Of a DNA stretch of 64,000 nucleotides, positions 27,024 through 43,200 are shown piece by piece. This DNA comes from Trichoplax adhaerens (taxonomy: Eukaryota > Animalia > Placozoa). The notes beneath the pieces were generated by a model. It saw only the letters and a list, made by a program, of their open reading frames with translations, had not been told where the DNA came from and did not search any database. Position numbers and translations under genes: made by a program. Every line of letters begins with the position of its first letter. The first letter of the stretch is position 1. The DNA lies in the NCBI RefSeq assembly GCF_000150275.1, contig NW_002060943.1, positions 4,856,008-4,920,007 on the forward strand. Direction: 5' to 3'.

Positions 27024-29175
27024 ATGGCCGTCAACAAGAGGCGACTATGCAACACTCAATGGATCGTCGTCCTCCCTCTAATAGCTTTCATCTCTACCAT
27101 TTGGATTCTCCATAGTGGCAATAAGAATTGTGCAGAAGGTAATGCTAGAAATTAATTTTGACCTGTGTGACAACATGCTCTCTAAAGTATAACCTCTATC
27201 CACCATGACTCTATTCCATTGTCAACAATCGCTGACAATGTCTGCATACGTCTGAAAGTATTTCAACCTTGATATCAATCAACATCATCGCAAGATGCCG
27301 ATATTGAGCTTGGTACGAAGAAGAAGAAGAACCCGTATCCTACAGTATGCATTTTACTGTACTGTACACATGTTCTTTTTATCTGGTAATTTACGACATT
27401 AAGGAAATTCATAAGTACCCTGAGCATTTTATATGTTCAAAACATCAAACGATTTATCTACTGTACCATCTTTAAAACGACATGTGATGACTTGAATCTT
27501 CCTTGACGAACCTGAATTCATCTTTGTAACAACACTAGACGTCAATGTCCATTATCGAACTTGCACTAGCAATAACAGTCAAAATAGTATTGCTAAGAAG
27601 AAGAATAGTTCAAGGATTACATTCGCAATTCTAATACATCTATCAATACTTGCTATTTATTTAGGATTAAGAAGCGAAGATGAACGCATTGAAACGTTGG
27701 AATCAACAATTCAAGCGATTAAGAGACAAAAAGAAGTCTTGCTAAGTTCTTTAGCGAGTAAAGAGAGAGAGCTTCGCAATTTAAAATCTGAAATTTTAAG
27801 CCAAAAGTTAGCCATAGATGACCCTCAGTATACCCTTGCTCATAAGAAATTCAGTAAAAGCATGACTACAATCTATGTTATAACACCGACATACGCCAGA
27901 GCAACTCAAAAAGCGGACTTAATTCGGCTTTCACAAACATTACAACATATCACTGACGTCCATTGGATAGTAGTTGAGGTTACGAACTACTTTAATAAAC
28001 TTATGTAAAATAGCAACATTCAACGTTTAATTTATTAATTTTCTGCTTACAAGAAATTAGCGATACTGTATGTTATTGCCAGTAAGAAGACAACACTTGT
28101 TCTAGGATTTTATGCTATTTTACTTTGTAGCAGTTACAGTATCTAATTGGACTTGATTTATAATTATCCAGAATAGATAAGTACAGTACTATACAGTACA
28201 CTCTTCCTAGTCGTACGAAATGACGTTATAGATCCTATGTAGTACATATGATAAGTATTTTAATGATCCGGAGTGTTTAGCCTGATACAACATTCTTCTG
28301 CACCTCTATAGATTTACACCATAGATGTTTATTCTCTTGTCGCTCATGTCAATAAATAACATCATTTTTTTTTATCACAATATTGACTTTCACAGGATGC
28401 AAATGCAACTTCGAAATTAGTGACCAATGTGCTAAAACGCAGCAAATTACTTTACACACAGCTCAGCATTCGTACACCAGCTTTCTTATTACGTCAGAAA
28501 AAAGAACCCAAATGGAAAAAACCTCGAGGGGTTGCTCAGAGAAATCGTGCCTTATTATGGCTACGTGAAAATATACAACTAAAAAAATCGAATGGAGTTG
28601 TCTATTTTGCTGATGATGACAATACTTATGATAAAGACTTATTCAATAAGGTAAATCCAACTATCGAGTGTAGGATAGGTATTCTTGAAGAAGCCCATGC
28701 AGTAGAGAAGATATACTTCTATAATGATATCATCAATCTTGCACAAACTAGATGAGGTAACAAATTTATGTTTTCGTTGCAGTTTCGAAATACCAAGCGA
28801 GTGAGCGTATGGCCTGTTGGACTTGTAGGGGGATTACGATTCGAAGGGCCTCGCTGCAACAACGGCAAAATTACTGGATGGCGGGTTGTTTTCGATCCTA
28901 ATAGGCCCTTTCCATTTGATATGGCTGGATTTGCTATCAACTTGGAATTGATACTAGAAAATTATCAAGCACACTTTAGCTCATCCGTTGCACCGGGTTA
29001 TTTAGAATCGTCATTACTATCATCTTTAGTACAGGACAAAACTCAACTAGAGACAATAACGCCTAATTGTAGAGAAATATTAGTGTGGCATACGACAACC
29101 GCTCGTGCTCATTTAAACCGCGAGCCTTACGTTAAAGCTGCTAAAACATTAGAAGACGATAAAGTAGAAGTTTAA
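27024..29175 (+). CDS. B3GAT3: Galactosylgalactosylxylosylprotein 3-beta-glucuronosyltransferase (GT43, GlcAT-I-like), 4 exons
   Basis: Type II TM anchor ([17 protein letters not shown]), coiled stem, [96 protein letters not shown], terminal VEV*. Confidence 0.92.
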
Positions 29176-31284
29176 ATGAATCTTTGAAAAATTGCGGTAT
29201 AACTTTATCATATTCATTGCCTGCCACTTGCTCACCCTAATATGAGCCATAACGGTCAATTGAATATTCAAGATGTGAATTTTACTCAAACAAATTATTA
29301 GTTCCCAATTGTTGGATTATGTAATAATTGTTTTAATCTATTCCTACGATTAGCCATGATAGATCCTATTAAAATTTATCGCTTTCCATAATATTATCCT
29401 ATTTCGCTACATTAGAAATGACTAAAAATGAATCTATATTCAACTGGATTTCATTTGAATGAAAATTATTTGATGATATTCGCACAAACCTCCCTATAAT
29501 AGGTATAGTTTTATATGTTGCTGTTATCATATTTTTTTTAAGAATAACATATACTTCTACCTTGTATCTCGCCGAAGACGAAGCTTAAGCTGGTGAATCG
29601 TAAGTAGCTGCCATTCAATTCATTAATGCACGATTACTATCTAACTAATTATTGTACGATTTCAACTTCTGAGACAAAATAATTTAAGTTGATCCCTAGC
29701 CGTAAATAATGTACATACGCGTATATTCGAATATATATGTAGACGTTCATAACGATAGATCGGTACGACTCGTCATTGTTACTGATTTCATAAAGAGCAA
29801 AGTGTTTTTTACAGAAGTTCAGTCATTGCAAATTTTTTACGCTATTTACTGAAATTTTATATAACGTAGTTATATATATTTTTTTTACATCTTGTGGACT
29901 AATGATAAGTTGTCTATTTAAGCCATGTCGAAAGGTAACAGTAATGCAAGTTTATTGAAATCGTGAGAATATTTGTCACATTTCTAATAAAGATACCATT
30001 TTTCCGTTATTACTCTCTTGATATGGATATCGACTAAAAGTACCAATCGTAACTATTAATGAATAAACAATCTCGTTCTCAATAAATATTCTGAATGGTA
30101 AATTGTTCTCTGACGAACTTGGATCTAAAAAATTAAAATTTTGTCATATCGACTTAGCAATATCGCTATTATTGGCTCACATAGTATGGCCATACAAGTA
30201 CTGTAGTAGTACTATAAAGATTTTTACTTGTTGCTATGGAAGTTATAGAGGCATAGTACAGAAGAAAGAGTAAGTCTTTGTATCCATAACGGCGACAACA
30301 TCTTTACTGTACTACATTGCATTAATGTTCGTTATACTTCAAAGGTGCACGACTATCTTCCCATTCTTGCAATAATTGTAATGAAATCAAAAGATTCTAA
30401 ATCGCAAATCATTATAAAAAGAATTTAAATATTTCTGCATGGCATATCGGTAATCAGATTACTATTATTATTTTATCATTGGTGCAACTTTATGCACGTT
30501 AAGATTCGATCGACATTCATAGTAACTTGCCACCTGCTATTGCGTCCAATTCAATAATATTTAGTAATTCTAGTCATTAATTACCGATACTAAATGACAA
30601 ATTTTGAGCTTAAAATAATGGCAATATATAGATAAACTGGATTACTTGCTATATCATGATATCATTTTATTAAAAGTTTGCATACTAAAAATTTCTCATA
30701 TATAAGAATAGATAAGTGATTCAGTTATCTTGTCTTGAATAGGTTTATAGTTGTTACACATTACTATTATAAGGACGAAATTATCTATCCAACCAAACCA
30801 AACCATCTGTAGATTGCAAAAGTAATAACCGATGATAACAGTATAAGAGTCGATAATTGATCAATTTCTATCCAACATTAGATAAAGTTAAATGCACGAA
30901 ATTACAGATCGATACCTATAAAGACAATTCTGGCGCAATTTTACTACACCTAGCAAGATATGAAGCAATAACACGAATCTTACCCATTTACTACCTCTTT
31001 CTATTAAGGAGACTCTACGAGTTTAAGTTTATCTGACGTATATTACCTTTGCAATCTCCAATATCCTACCGATATCGCGGAATTATATTATTATTTAAGC
31101 TATTATCTAGTGTTATATAGAAACCGAAGCAAAACAGGACTCAACATTATAGCCAATTAAAAAATTTTATTATAAATCAGTATCACTTTACTAATAAAGA
31201 GTAACATTCTCAATCAGATAGAAGCATATAAATTATGAATTGTTACCATAACTAACTACTATTAAGTATTGCTTTTTTATCATT

Positions 31285-34200
31285 TTATAGTGGTGACAAT
31301 TCCTTAAATATAGTACTAAATGTCGGAAGAGAAGGTAGCCGTTTCGAACTTGCTGTGCTATAATCTTTGGATAACTTTTTATTCGTTCTCTGACTTCTAG
31401 TCATGCTAGTACTACCCGAGAATGTATACAAGTATGGATTAATGGATGAATTGAGGGGCAATACAAAGACAGCAATGAAAGGCAATGTATAGATTTGAAC
31501 TTCCGAATCGAGCATACTGCGCACCATAACAATATAGAAGGGCATCCAACAAGCTAAATTCGCTAATAATATTATTAACATCCTGCCAGCAATTCGTTTA
31601 TCATCTTCTCGAATATTACGACAATTTTCAACGGCCATTCTAGTACGCTGGATAGAGATAAACATTGCTAAGTATAATATACTAACAATTATCCATATTA
31701 AGACAGTGATAGCGATGGACGTTAAGATCCAAATACGAAAGAATGAATTATGAATATTCATAGGTAGGCAAACACTACTATATTGGTAGATACGATCATC
31801 AGCTGATTTACCAAAGCCAAACATTAGCGGGAAAGCTACATAAGATATGCTAACTAGCCAGAAGAAAGTAACAATTGCGCTTGCCGACTTAATAGTTAAT
31901 CGTTTACCAGATAATGGGTAAACCACGCAAATATAGCGATCTATGGTGATCACAAACATCATTAAGACCGACATAATACTGGATACGCAGGTAAGAAAAC
32001 ATGCAAAGACACAAAATGGATGCCGTAACCAGAATTCAGAATATTGTGCGTAGTTATGGTGATAGATTTGATCGGCAACAGCAATAATGATAAGGTAAAA
32101 GCCAGTCAACAAATCGGTGAAGGCTAAGTTGCTAATAAGAAATGTCGGCACTAAGTGACGATGAAATTTACGACGCCATATCCAATGCATAATTATGACC
32201 GACGTATTGCCAATAAGAGCTAAAATACCTACAATCCAAACAAAGATTTGTAACGATCTATGGGCTAATAAATTCTCACAAGTTGATAATTGCTCCTGAT
32301 TGGGTATAGGTTTGCATCTTTCCACAGTACCAGGTACAAGACAACATAAGTATTCGCGAGTAGATTGCCTAAAAGGAAGGGTCGAAATTTATTTGAAAAA
32401 GTTAATACACTCAACATTGTGGATAACCTTTAAAATTGCACCTATATGATGTAATAAATTCAGGGAAATTATGGATATCGTATCTAAGTGAAGCCCTGTT
32501 TGAGTAAATGTAGTTAAATATCAAAAGGTATCTGTTGTAGATAAATTTATTATATAAGTGAATGCGTGGTAATTTCTAATGAAATTAACTGCAATAGCAA
32601 ATTAATGTACTAAATTTTCTATAATAAAGAATGTTTGTGATAAATTTGAAGTAGGGATTTTAAATTGATTCCAAAAGATGAACAGCTAAAGCTGAAATTA
32701 TAATTTCCATACGGTTATTGATTTCGTAAAATCTTTAAAATAAGAATACAGACAGTACTATAAATAGAATTATCCATATACGCGTATTTAGCTATCATAG
32801 TAACATTTTTACAGTTCTAGAATAAGAATTAAAAAATAAAGTATCTAAGGTGTCAGTTTTACGCGATGCAATTGATTTCACTAATTTACAATAGGATAAT
32901 TACGTACAAATTCTGTAGCCTAATTAATCCATAAAATGGCTCCGAAGCTAGATCAACCAAAGGATTATTTTTTAATGACCTAGATATGAGATCCGGTGTT
33001 GTTAAATTTAGCAATTTATCTCATCAGCAAAACAAAATTTTTATCATCTAGACAAAGGAATTTGTAATTATGAATTATTGCGAACAATGTGAAGTCAATT
33101 AATGCTGCTAAACTTACAGTATTCTTAGTAAAGACATAGATGAAAAACAATTATGAGTAATAACCCGTACGTTATTTTCATCTAAGGTCCTAAAGCCCAA
33201 CAGAAATCATGGTATTAACATTCGAGAATAAATCGAATATATATTTTAAATTCTTAAAAGACATAATAACGCTAATCTATTTGTCTTACAAATTTTCAAG
33301 ATACTGATAACCATTAAAGAAGGAACCACAAACATTAGATATCCTATTATGAGCCAGATTCCTATAACGGGTAGGTACCCAAAAGTAAATAAATCAATCT
33401 ATTCATTAACAATGAATTAATAGTATTAATTTACATTGTAACCTCGACTAGTTTCCTATTAATAAGATTTTAGCCTTAAATTCAATGGTTACTCGTATAT
33501 CAAAATATTATAAACTAAGCATATGTCATTAGCTATGCAATCTACTAAAATCGAAAAACTTATTCCTCATTTTACTAATTCGATCAATTGAATAAACTTA
33601 CAAAATATGAATTCGATTAATATCTGATCGATTTTCATTATTAAAATACTCTATTTTATTTTTGGCTAGATGCCTAATGAAGAAAGTTTAATAATTAATT
33701 TAAAGCTTTATTTAAAATCATTTTTATTGCAAGATTTGCGTAGATATATGGAATAGTTTTAGCGTATACTTACAGTTCTCGCAATCGATAATGCCTCATC
33801 AAGTGATAGGTCTGAAATGATTGAAGATCGTTACCGTTTAGGATTCTATAATTAATAAAACATGGTAAAATAATATGGTAAGAAAACAGGAATCCAATCC
33901 ATATACAATTGCTCTATATTTTCAGCTTTAAATCTATGAAACAGAGGATGAATCACTTTGTTTGAGGAAGTCTTGTAAATTATCAGTTAAAAATATGAGT
34001 TTAATATCAGGTAATAAGAAAAGCAAATATCAATTGAAATAATAAATTTCAAAATTAAGAACTTATAAATTTCTTGGATTAAAATAAATACAGTTTCCAA
34101 GGGGCTTACAATGGTTACATGGCTTTTGAAATATGAATTTCTAATTTAAATTTACCGGTCAAAGATATTTTCTAGCTGCAATCTATGTGCCATTTAATTA

Positions 34201-37200
34201 GAAAAAGGTATCCCATTTTGTTGGAAGAAAAATTTAAGGAAATATTAATACTTACAGTGATATCAATGATTCTCCTTGATTGACCAAAACTTCCGGCAAA
34301 AATTCTTGGATATTATTTCGACTCAAATCCCTAATCAAGTATTAATTGTCACTTAATACTTCAACGAAATACTTGCAAATAAGAAAAGATATCAAATAAA
34401 TCTCCTTATTTAAACTATATCTTAAATGCGATCAGCTAACACATCACTACATATGTAATACAAATAGATTAGCGGCTAATATTTGCTCTACCGCTATAAA
34501 AATGTTATTAACAGTTAAAAATTTAAAAAGTCTAATAATGCATATTTACAGAATTTTTAGGTTATGTAGCGGACGTATGAGTTCTTTAGCGGAGATTAAA
34601 CTGAGATTGTTATCCGCTAAGTCTCTGTAATATTGGACAAATGAATTAATATGCCAACATCTTAACCTACAATGCTATAAATAAATTCAAATTTGTAACA
34701 AGTAAGACCAACAAACAGCTCTTACAAAATTTGCAATTTTTTAAAATGCTTAAACATGTGATCATCAGGTGTAGTCATGTTGCTATCAGCTAAGCCCCTA
34801 ATGTAGTATTAACAGAAATTAATTTAGTAATAAGTAAAAATTTGTGTAGGAAGATGCTTCCATACAATCTCTATAAAATCCAATCCTAAGAAATGATAAT
34901 TACTAACAAGGCCTTCAAATTGTTGAAATATCCTGAATGAACAATGTTATACCAATCTTCACCGAATATAACTTTAGTGTGACTGATATCTCTATTATTC
35001 AAATTGAAAAAATTATTTATTAGCTTAATCAAGACAAATGACTTTCATTTAAAAGTGCTCACTTAGAATAATATAGCTATCATTTTAAATTAGACACGTA
35101 CAATTGCATGAGCCGTGATAAAATAGAATAGCATCGATAATCAATGGTAATCGCATTATTCCAGCTGAAATCTCTAAAATACATATAATAATGTGCATAA
35201 GTTAGATTCAAAAGCCAAGACAGTATTCAAAGCGTATCTGTCACAGTAAAATTAATAGATGTATATAATTTGAATAACTATTTACCGTTACAAAATTAAA
35301 GGACTAGTATTTATCATTTTTATAGGTTATTAATATAGATAGACAGAGACATATATTTCGTCTATTAAAGAAGATTGAAAGCCTTTTCGTGCCATAAAAG
35401 CATTGTAAAACAGAAAGCTAGCATTTAGGCTTTTAGGCTGTTTGCTGTTATCATAAAATACGGTGTAGATAATATAGATAAAGAATGGCGCATATTTCAT
35501 ATCAGTAAAGAAATTATTAAACTACATAATTGAGCTATCTTTAGAGTATGTACTTTAACTTACAGCTTTGTTAAGACCAATAAATGACTAAGCAGGTGAC
35601 ATGGTAAATTCCATAGTCTATTCTTAGCTAAATTTCTGCATTATTTAAGGAACACATTACTCAAGTTATTTTGATTCTTCTAGTAAAAAGTTATTGCTCA
35701 GTAAGCAACAAAATTCTGGTGATGAAATACAACAATGAACAAGATTTAAATTCTTAGCTTTATCTATAATTTAAAATTATTATGAAATACTATTAGCAAT
35801 AATAGTCTAATGACGAAGATTGCAAAGAGACAACTTGATCTATGTAACTCTTGATATAAGGAATTTCGAGAAAATTAAAATATGATTCCAAACTGTATTT
35901 GCAATAAAATTCTTAAGTCAAAATCAAAGCTATAGTCAGTTAAATCTAAAGTACTAGACAATCTATCTAAATGTGAGACTTACAATTCGAAAAGGGAGAA
36001 TATATTTTTGAATAAGCCATCTTCCAAATAGTCTAACTTATTTTCAGCTAGTTTTCTGATAGAGAGATAGCATATTATGATATAAGGATAAATATTATTC
36101 AGGTAATATTATATGTAGCGGCTTAATAATTATCATCCAAACTGCTGGAGTATTCTACTTACAAAACTGTTAAAAATTTTAAATTACTAAAAGGTTTGGA
36201 CTGGTTAAATTTAATATTATTGTTACTAAGGTCCCTATAATTTCATGATGTGATAATAAAAGGACATTAGGGTGGGTACAAACACAATAACATCGTAACT
36301 GATATGAGTTATATAAAGGATTAAATCGTAAATGAATTTTTCATCAATTTCACTAATCTCCTCACAATTCCCATAATTTTGGCATTTCCTGATTGAATAT
36401 TCCATTAATACTTTGCAAATCGTTATTATTCAGCAAGCTAATAAATAAAAATGTTATAAATTAGCATTAATGTGACTTGGCTTAAAATTATTTTGCGTTT
36501 TCGATCATACTGTTTTGCAAATAAACTCGAAATTAACAGATGATATCGATAGCAGATCGATATCAACCAATACTAGTATGCTAGTGCTACAAATCTAAAA
36601 TTTGTAAATACTGTAAAGTATTGTTGATTTGCCCTCCTCGATGTCTACCTATAGTGCGACTCCAAATTCTGACGATCTACCATCGTCAGGAGGAAGGATA
36701 CTATCTCTAGTCGCTCTTAAGGTACATTTTCATTATGAACTTTTTCAAGACAAACTGAGCCCAAACTTTATTGAAAATCAGTCAATTCATAGTAAACTGA
36801 CAAAAAGATGAGTTATCGGCACCGAGACAATATTAGAAAACTATGTACTAATCTATTGAAAACATATCAAACGTCATAGATAAATTAATGTCATTATATT
36901 CCTAGATAAGCAATCTTAAGGAAACTATATTACAGCAGCTACGCTAAAGCTACTCCGTAAAAACTAGTTCTACTAGAAGCTACGTCAAAGATAAAATTAA
37001 TATCAATATATTACTAGATAAGTAATGTTAAGGAACCTATTTTACAGCAGCTATGCTCAAGCTACTCTATAAAAATTAGTTCTACTTGAAGCTACTTACA
37101 GGGTATGTAATTTTGTCATTCCATCAGTTAGGTTTTCACCAAGAGTTAGTAATTTATTATTGGATAAATCCCTATAATGTATACAGATATTAATAAAAAA

Positions 37201-40200
37201 TGATTAGTTATTGTTTTCTTTATAACTAGTTACATCTAGACCGACTGTAGTGCTATCAAATTACAATTATATCAAATAATATGTAACTATAATTTAATAC
37301 ATTAACGCAATCAAGCACGATTGCAATCTTTAGAGAAACAGCTTACAAAATTTTCAACTGCTTTAGGCCTTTAAATGTTCCAGTTTTTAACTCTCTAAGG
37401 GCATTATTACTTAAACGTCTGATATAAAAGGAAGAAAATTATATTAGCTTTAATTCATGGCTTATAAATATAATAATAATCTTCATTTTTAGTGTTAATA
37501 GGTGCTGCAAATGTAAAAGTTATAGGCATTTTAGGTTATAATAAATAATCCAGTCAGCAATTGCAACTAAAGTAAGATTGAACACTTTTGCTCGTGTTTG
37601 TTTATTTAAAAATTTTTTAGAATAGTATTAACTCTTTAAGATACAATATTTACAAAAAAATCATGCCTTTTAGAATTGATAAGCAATAATTAAACTCTAA
37701 CTTTAAGTTGCAATAAGTACGTCATTGAAATAAAGATTAACCATTGGACGATTTATAATAAAGGTTTTAGGGAAGTTTATAAAAGACTTAATTACTCTGA
37801 TCTTTCGAACTTGACAGCTGCTATGCGAATGGGAGCCGCTAAGTTATTCACTAAGGTTAACAGTATAGCTTACATTTCTGTCAAGTTATTTAAAGTGTAG
37901 AATTGGTCTATTTCCAACTTCCGTAATCCATTATTTTGGATAAATCTTGTGTGTTTAAAGTAAAGATGTTTATAATCAGTAATTTCTTATAAAGAAGATG
38001 TAACGGTCTTACGTACATCACAATTGAAAACAAATTCGAAATTTATAAAACCTATTCTTGAAGGCTACATACAGATTTTTTAAATGAATACAGCGATCAA
38101 AAGTTTTCGGTTTAATACGTTCAATGGCATTATCATTTAAATTTCTATTTGAAATAAAAGCAGAAGAATCAAATTTATCAACGGTTACACACTTAATTGA
38201 AGTAACTTGTGAGATATCTATTCTAAGCTTTCATTTTTAAGTTTTTATATTATTATTGAATGGATACTAACTTCTTTACTAGATCAATTTCGATTTATTA
38301 TTGTATAGCCAATATAACTAGTTACTTACAATTTCTCCAATCTTGAAAAGTTACAGATTTCTCCGTTAATAGATTTCAAGTTGTTCCGTGTGATAATCCT
38401 AATAAAGATTCAGTACCAATAGTGCTTCTTAACTCAAATCGTTAGTTGGAATTGTTAACTTATCATACCATTTTATAGCTTAAAATGGATTACAATTGTT
38501 TCACTTACAACTCTTTCAAAGATAATAAACCAGCAAATGCTTTATTGCTAATAATCCTCAATCGATTGCTACTTAAATCTCTACAATAATCAAAATGAGC
38601 TTATAACGTTACAATAGATCAAGTTGATGTAATTTTATCATGTTTCCTAGCAATCATCATTCCAGTAATTAAATTCTGCATTACAGTAGATGTTAAGGTA
38701 GTAACTTACAATTTCAGTAACGCTGATAAACCTAAAAAACTATTGTCCTGTATCTCACGCATCCTATTTCCTTCCAGGCTTCTGTGGGATAATTATCAGC
38801 TAATAAGCTATCATTTTATATACTTATGCATAATAGTTGTTGAACGCTAGTATGCAAGCAGAATCATATATTTCAATTCATTTCTCTTTTTGAAATCATG
38901 CGAAATGAAAATCATGGTATTTGAATTCAATTTAGAATATAAGTGTGAAAGTTCATTTTAGACATCGTAAAATGGTAATATATGGTATATTTCTCTAGAC
39001 CGATTATATAGTTATATATGGAGGGGCAGCATGCTTCTATTGCGACGGTAAATCATTGGCTTAGGAACAGTAAGCAAATAAATCCTGTGCGCATTCGGTT
39101 CCGTTAGGTAAAACTGAGGGCTCTAACAAGTAACATTCTGATAACAGAACTGTACAAATTTGCCACTGCTAATATTTCCCTACTAAATTAGTTTTCAGGA
39201 AGGAGTTTTTTGCATACTTACGGTATAGATGTACAATAAAATTAATATGTTTATCCAATGATATAATGTATCAAAAAGAAATTAATTTATGATCAAATAT
39301 GATAGTAAGATTTACCCCAAATTATTCGTGAATTTAATACCAAGAAAAGGCTACAATATTAGACTGTCATTTGCGAAAGAAAAGTAAAATCTCTACCTGA
39401 CATACGTCTTCTTAACAATCTAAGATATTAAATTTTTACTTTTATATATATAAGTTTAGGATAACTGCACGGCACGAAGTTGTCACGGTACGAACTACCG
39501 TGAAGAAATAGCTATCTAAATTTGGTTAATATAGTATAGTGATATTATATTACAACTAGTTACTTACAATAGGAGTTACTCTAATTATAAATGTGTTACA
39601 GTAAATTTATTGCTGTGCTGTAATATGTGCTGAAATGATTCTGTGAATGGACATATTGTAGTCCGACTGTGAAAAACTAGTTAGTAGATGTTCTCACCCA
39701 AGTGTTATTATAAGATGACTTGTGAATGTTAGCTGCTGTAGAAGGGTATATAAACCCGTCAGATAGTTGAATAAAGCAGTTCTCAATTGTATAGTTGTTT
39801 TAACGTAGAATCAAAGGCGTCTAAATTCTTGTAAGTAGGGATACTGAATCCCGGAGACTATAGTAATTTAGAGATTTGTTTTACGTTATACTTGTCACGA
39901 AGTTGGTTTGTGACAGAAGTATGCAATAGTAAATGGCTATCTTGACTTCGTTTTTAAACTGAAATAAACTCCGTAAATATAAATGCTTTAAAGGACAAAA
40001 AAAGACACAAGTGGAAATAGTTTTAGGACACTAGGATTATTTTCTTATTACAGATAAAACATTTAGACTTTAAAATGAAATACTAAAGAATAACTATCTA
40101 TAAATGTAGAGCAAATACTCATAAGCTGGATTGCCCAAAGTTGCTTCAATAAAAATTAATTTAATAAATCTATCTCAATAAATTATTGCTGATGAAATGA

Positions 40201-43200
40201 CTGGCACTGCTTCTAATATTGAAAGATTTTGACTTGGTCGGTTGATATTTCGCTCAGCATTTAAAAATTATCAACTGTTACTGATCCATCTCAAGTTAGA
40301 AATGACGCTATAAACCATCTGCGATAGAAGATACAGGTAAAAAATTTAAGGTATTTGCAATAGCTGGATAAGTTTCAACTTACAGTTCCGTTAAATTTTG
40401 TAAGAAGCTACAATCACTTGTTGGCAATCTATGTATTCGATTGTTTGAGAGCGATCTTATTTAGGATAAAGAGAAATTTTAGAAAGTGTTTGTGTAGACT
40501 AGTATAATTTTAGAGAAACTAAGAAAGCTTTTAGTCAATAAAGGTACTTACAAGGTTGTCAATGTAGGTAGTTTAGTAAAACATTTTACATTAAAATCTT
40601 GAATCTGATTATTGGAAAGCCGTCTAAATAGTTTTCCAGAAAATGTTTCTTATTATTTTGCTACAAATATTCATATTCGATTAAAATGTTAAGAATTGCA
40701 AATTTAGATAATGTCTATTCTTGCATATTAAAGCTATTACAGTAGGAAACAGCTAAAATTTTGTTATCCGACGCTATCATATTAACCCTGTAATATATAT
40801 CAGCACTGTAAGAATCATTTATTTCGTAATATTTGGCTGTATATTCCAAATTTGGTTAAAAATAGCCAGAAAATAGATTTTAATCTTCATCTTGTTGCGT
40901 GTTAGATAGTAATACATTTAGTAAGAGGGAGCTGACTTTACATCATTTTACTAGCATATATAATATGCATTTTAAATTGATCAGGTGCAAATTTGAGAAT
41001 CTAATGCACATGCCTATTAAGCTGTAATTTATCTAATCTGATGAAGCACCGTCTCCTATATTTTTCTAAGCTAACCATTGTTTTAAATGTAGATAAGATC
41101 GAATAATTACTATCTTATAGCCAACTACCAAATTGAATCAGAGTCTAAAATACGGTTAATTTGATGATATTTGAATATGGTGTTCGTACCATTGTGACTG
41201 ATTATTATCGTATAAATCAGTATTATTAATGTTTATCTTCACATATAGTGCCAATTCGTAATTAGTATATCATTGTAATGGTTACTGTATAACTTCAAAA
41301 TCATATGATTAACTGAATCGGGTAGTAAAAAATCCGATAGCTAAGTAATGATAGAATGTTGTATGTTATGGTTCATGTATTTTATGTTCAGCTCCAAACC
41401 AACAATTCAAGTACTTTCATAAGAAACTTTTCATAATCTTACAAACGCCGACGAATCGAACAGATTCTATAATTATGTCTACATCTTATCACTAGAATAT
41501 AGCGAGGTTTAATCAGCAAAGAAATTATATTTTTAGTAATCTTACAAAGTCGACAAACTGTGTAAGCCCTCAAAAAAAGTATCTTTTAAGGTAGTCAATT
41601 TATTCCTGGATAGATCCCTAATGGTAAGTAAAAATTAGACTTAATGTCAATACGTAACAAATCCAGGGTAAATTAAAAATCTAAAAGATAGCCAAGCTGT
41701 TTCAAATATTAAAGTCAAATTATTCTTCTATCCATGTGTCACAAACTTATGTTGCGAACTACTACACTAAACTAATAGATTACTTATGCCTTGCTCCTCT
41801 ACACCTGGAGATCTACTGTAGGTAGTTCTTTACTACTTTCGGTCACACAGGGATAAGTCTGTTCTAAAAGATTAGTATAGTTTTTATTAGTAGAGTAGCC
41901 GAGTACCTTCTCGTACACGATCTAATAAGGAACTCAGTAGCGGGTGCTAACGTATCGCCATTATTAATATCTATTGTATATAGGCTCTACTAATTAATTG
42001 CAAATACAATTATGCCTTTTGTCGTCTAGCAATCTAGACATTAATATTCTTAATTTCAATTATGCTTACCAGTATGATCCATTAGCTAAATACTGACAAA
42101 ATCTATTTAATTAGCAAGTACGGTGCTTTGCTCCGTAACACCATGCTACTACAGTTCACAATATATCTCGAACTAAAACGAAGGCAATTACATTCGACTA
42201 TTTTAAGCTGCCGACATTTTTCTATCGTTGCCGATGAATTAGCAACGTTATTAGATAATATCGATTAAATATTCTGTAGTTAAAGCCATTAATTGGCATT
42301 AAATTTCAGTAGATTGGATAGAAAATTAGAATATTTGTATTTAAAAGCATTTAGCATACAATCATAAATTTGTAAAAAATATTCAACAACCGCTAAGTTT
42401 GTAGTCTTACAATGTCGTTAGTTTTGGCAAATAATAGAATTGCTCCTGCTGCAATGTGCTCAATTGATTGGATGATAATATCCTTGATAATGACCGAAAA
42501 TGGATCTTGTTAACTGAGCTAAAAGTTGAATTTTAAAACAATTAATAGATCAAATTTCAATCTTACAATGAATGAAGACTATCTAAACCAAAAAAGGCAT
42601 TCTTATCCATGTAATTGATCCGATTGGAGAATAATTCCCTAAATGGATATGAAACCTTGTTATTCATTCGCGTTGTAGCCATATTGTACTCGTATGATGC
42701 AAATTAAGGTATTTCAATTATTGGGTAAAACAGGTTCGTTATCAGTATACAACGTTAGAGTTAATCTAAATTCTCAGTGTTTCATATCTTGTTTGCTATC
42801 TCGATATTACTCCAGTCTAAGATATCTGTTCGACATTAGTTTTTTGCACAAACGGGTAGGATAACTATATGATCATCATACGGTATACATGCAAACCACT
42901 AGAGATTGGCTACGGTGTTACATTCGTTGGGACAACAATTATAAAAATGTAAATACTAATATATCTTTTACTAAGAATGAATGGAAAAAATATCGGCAGA
43001 ACATTTTCTTTTATACTTACAATCTTTCAAGTGAGGATAATTCTTTAAATATATGTCCTTCTAGTTTTTCAATATAATTGTGAGGCAAGAAACTAAGAAA
43101 TAAATGCAATAATTAAATAAGCTCTTTTCGAGATCAATGTAATTTGTTTTCTTCACATAGGTAGCAAAAAACGAAAACCTTAATCACAACGGATCGTAAT

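Noticed and set aside
42478-42486. ATATCCTT as a U12 (AT-AC) intron donor
   Set aside because: It is on the non-coding strand and is simply the reverse complement of an ordinary AG acceptor plus LRR exon start.
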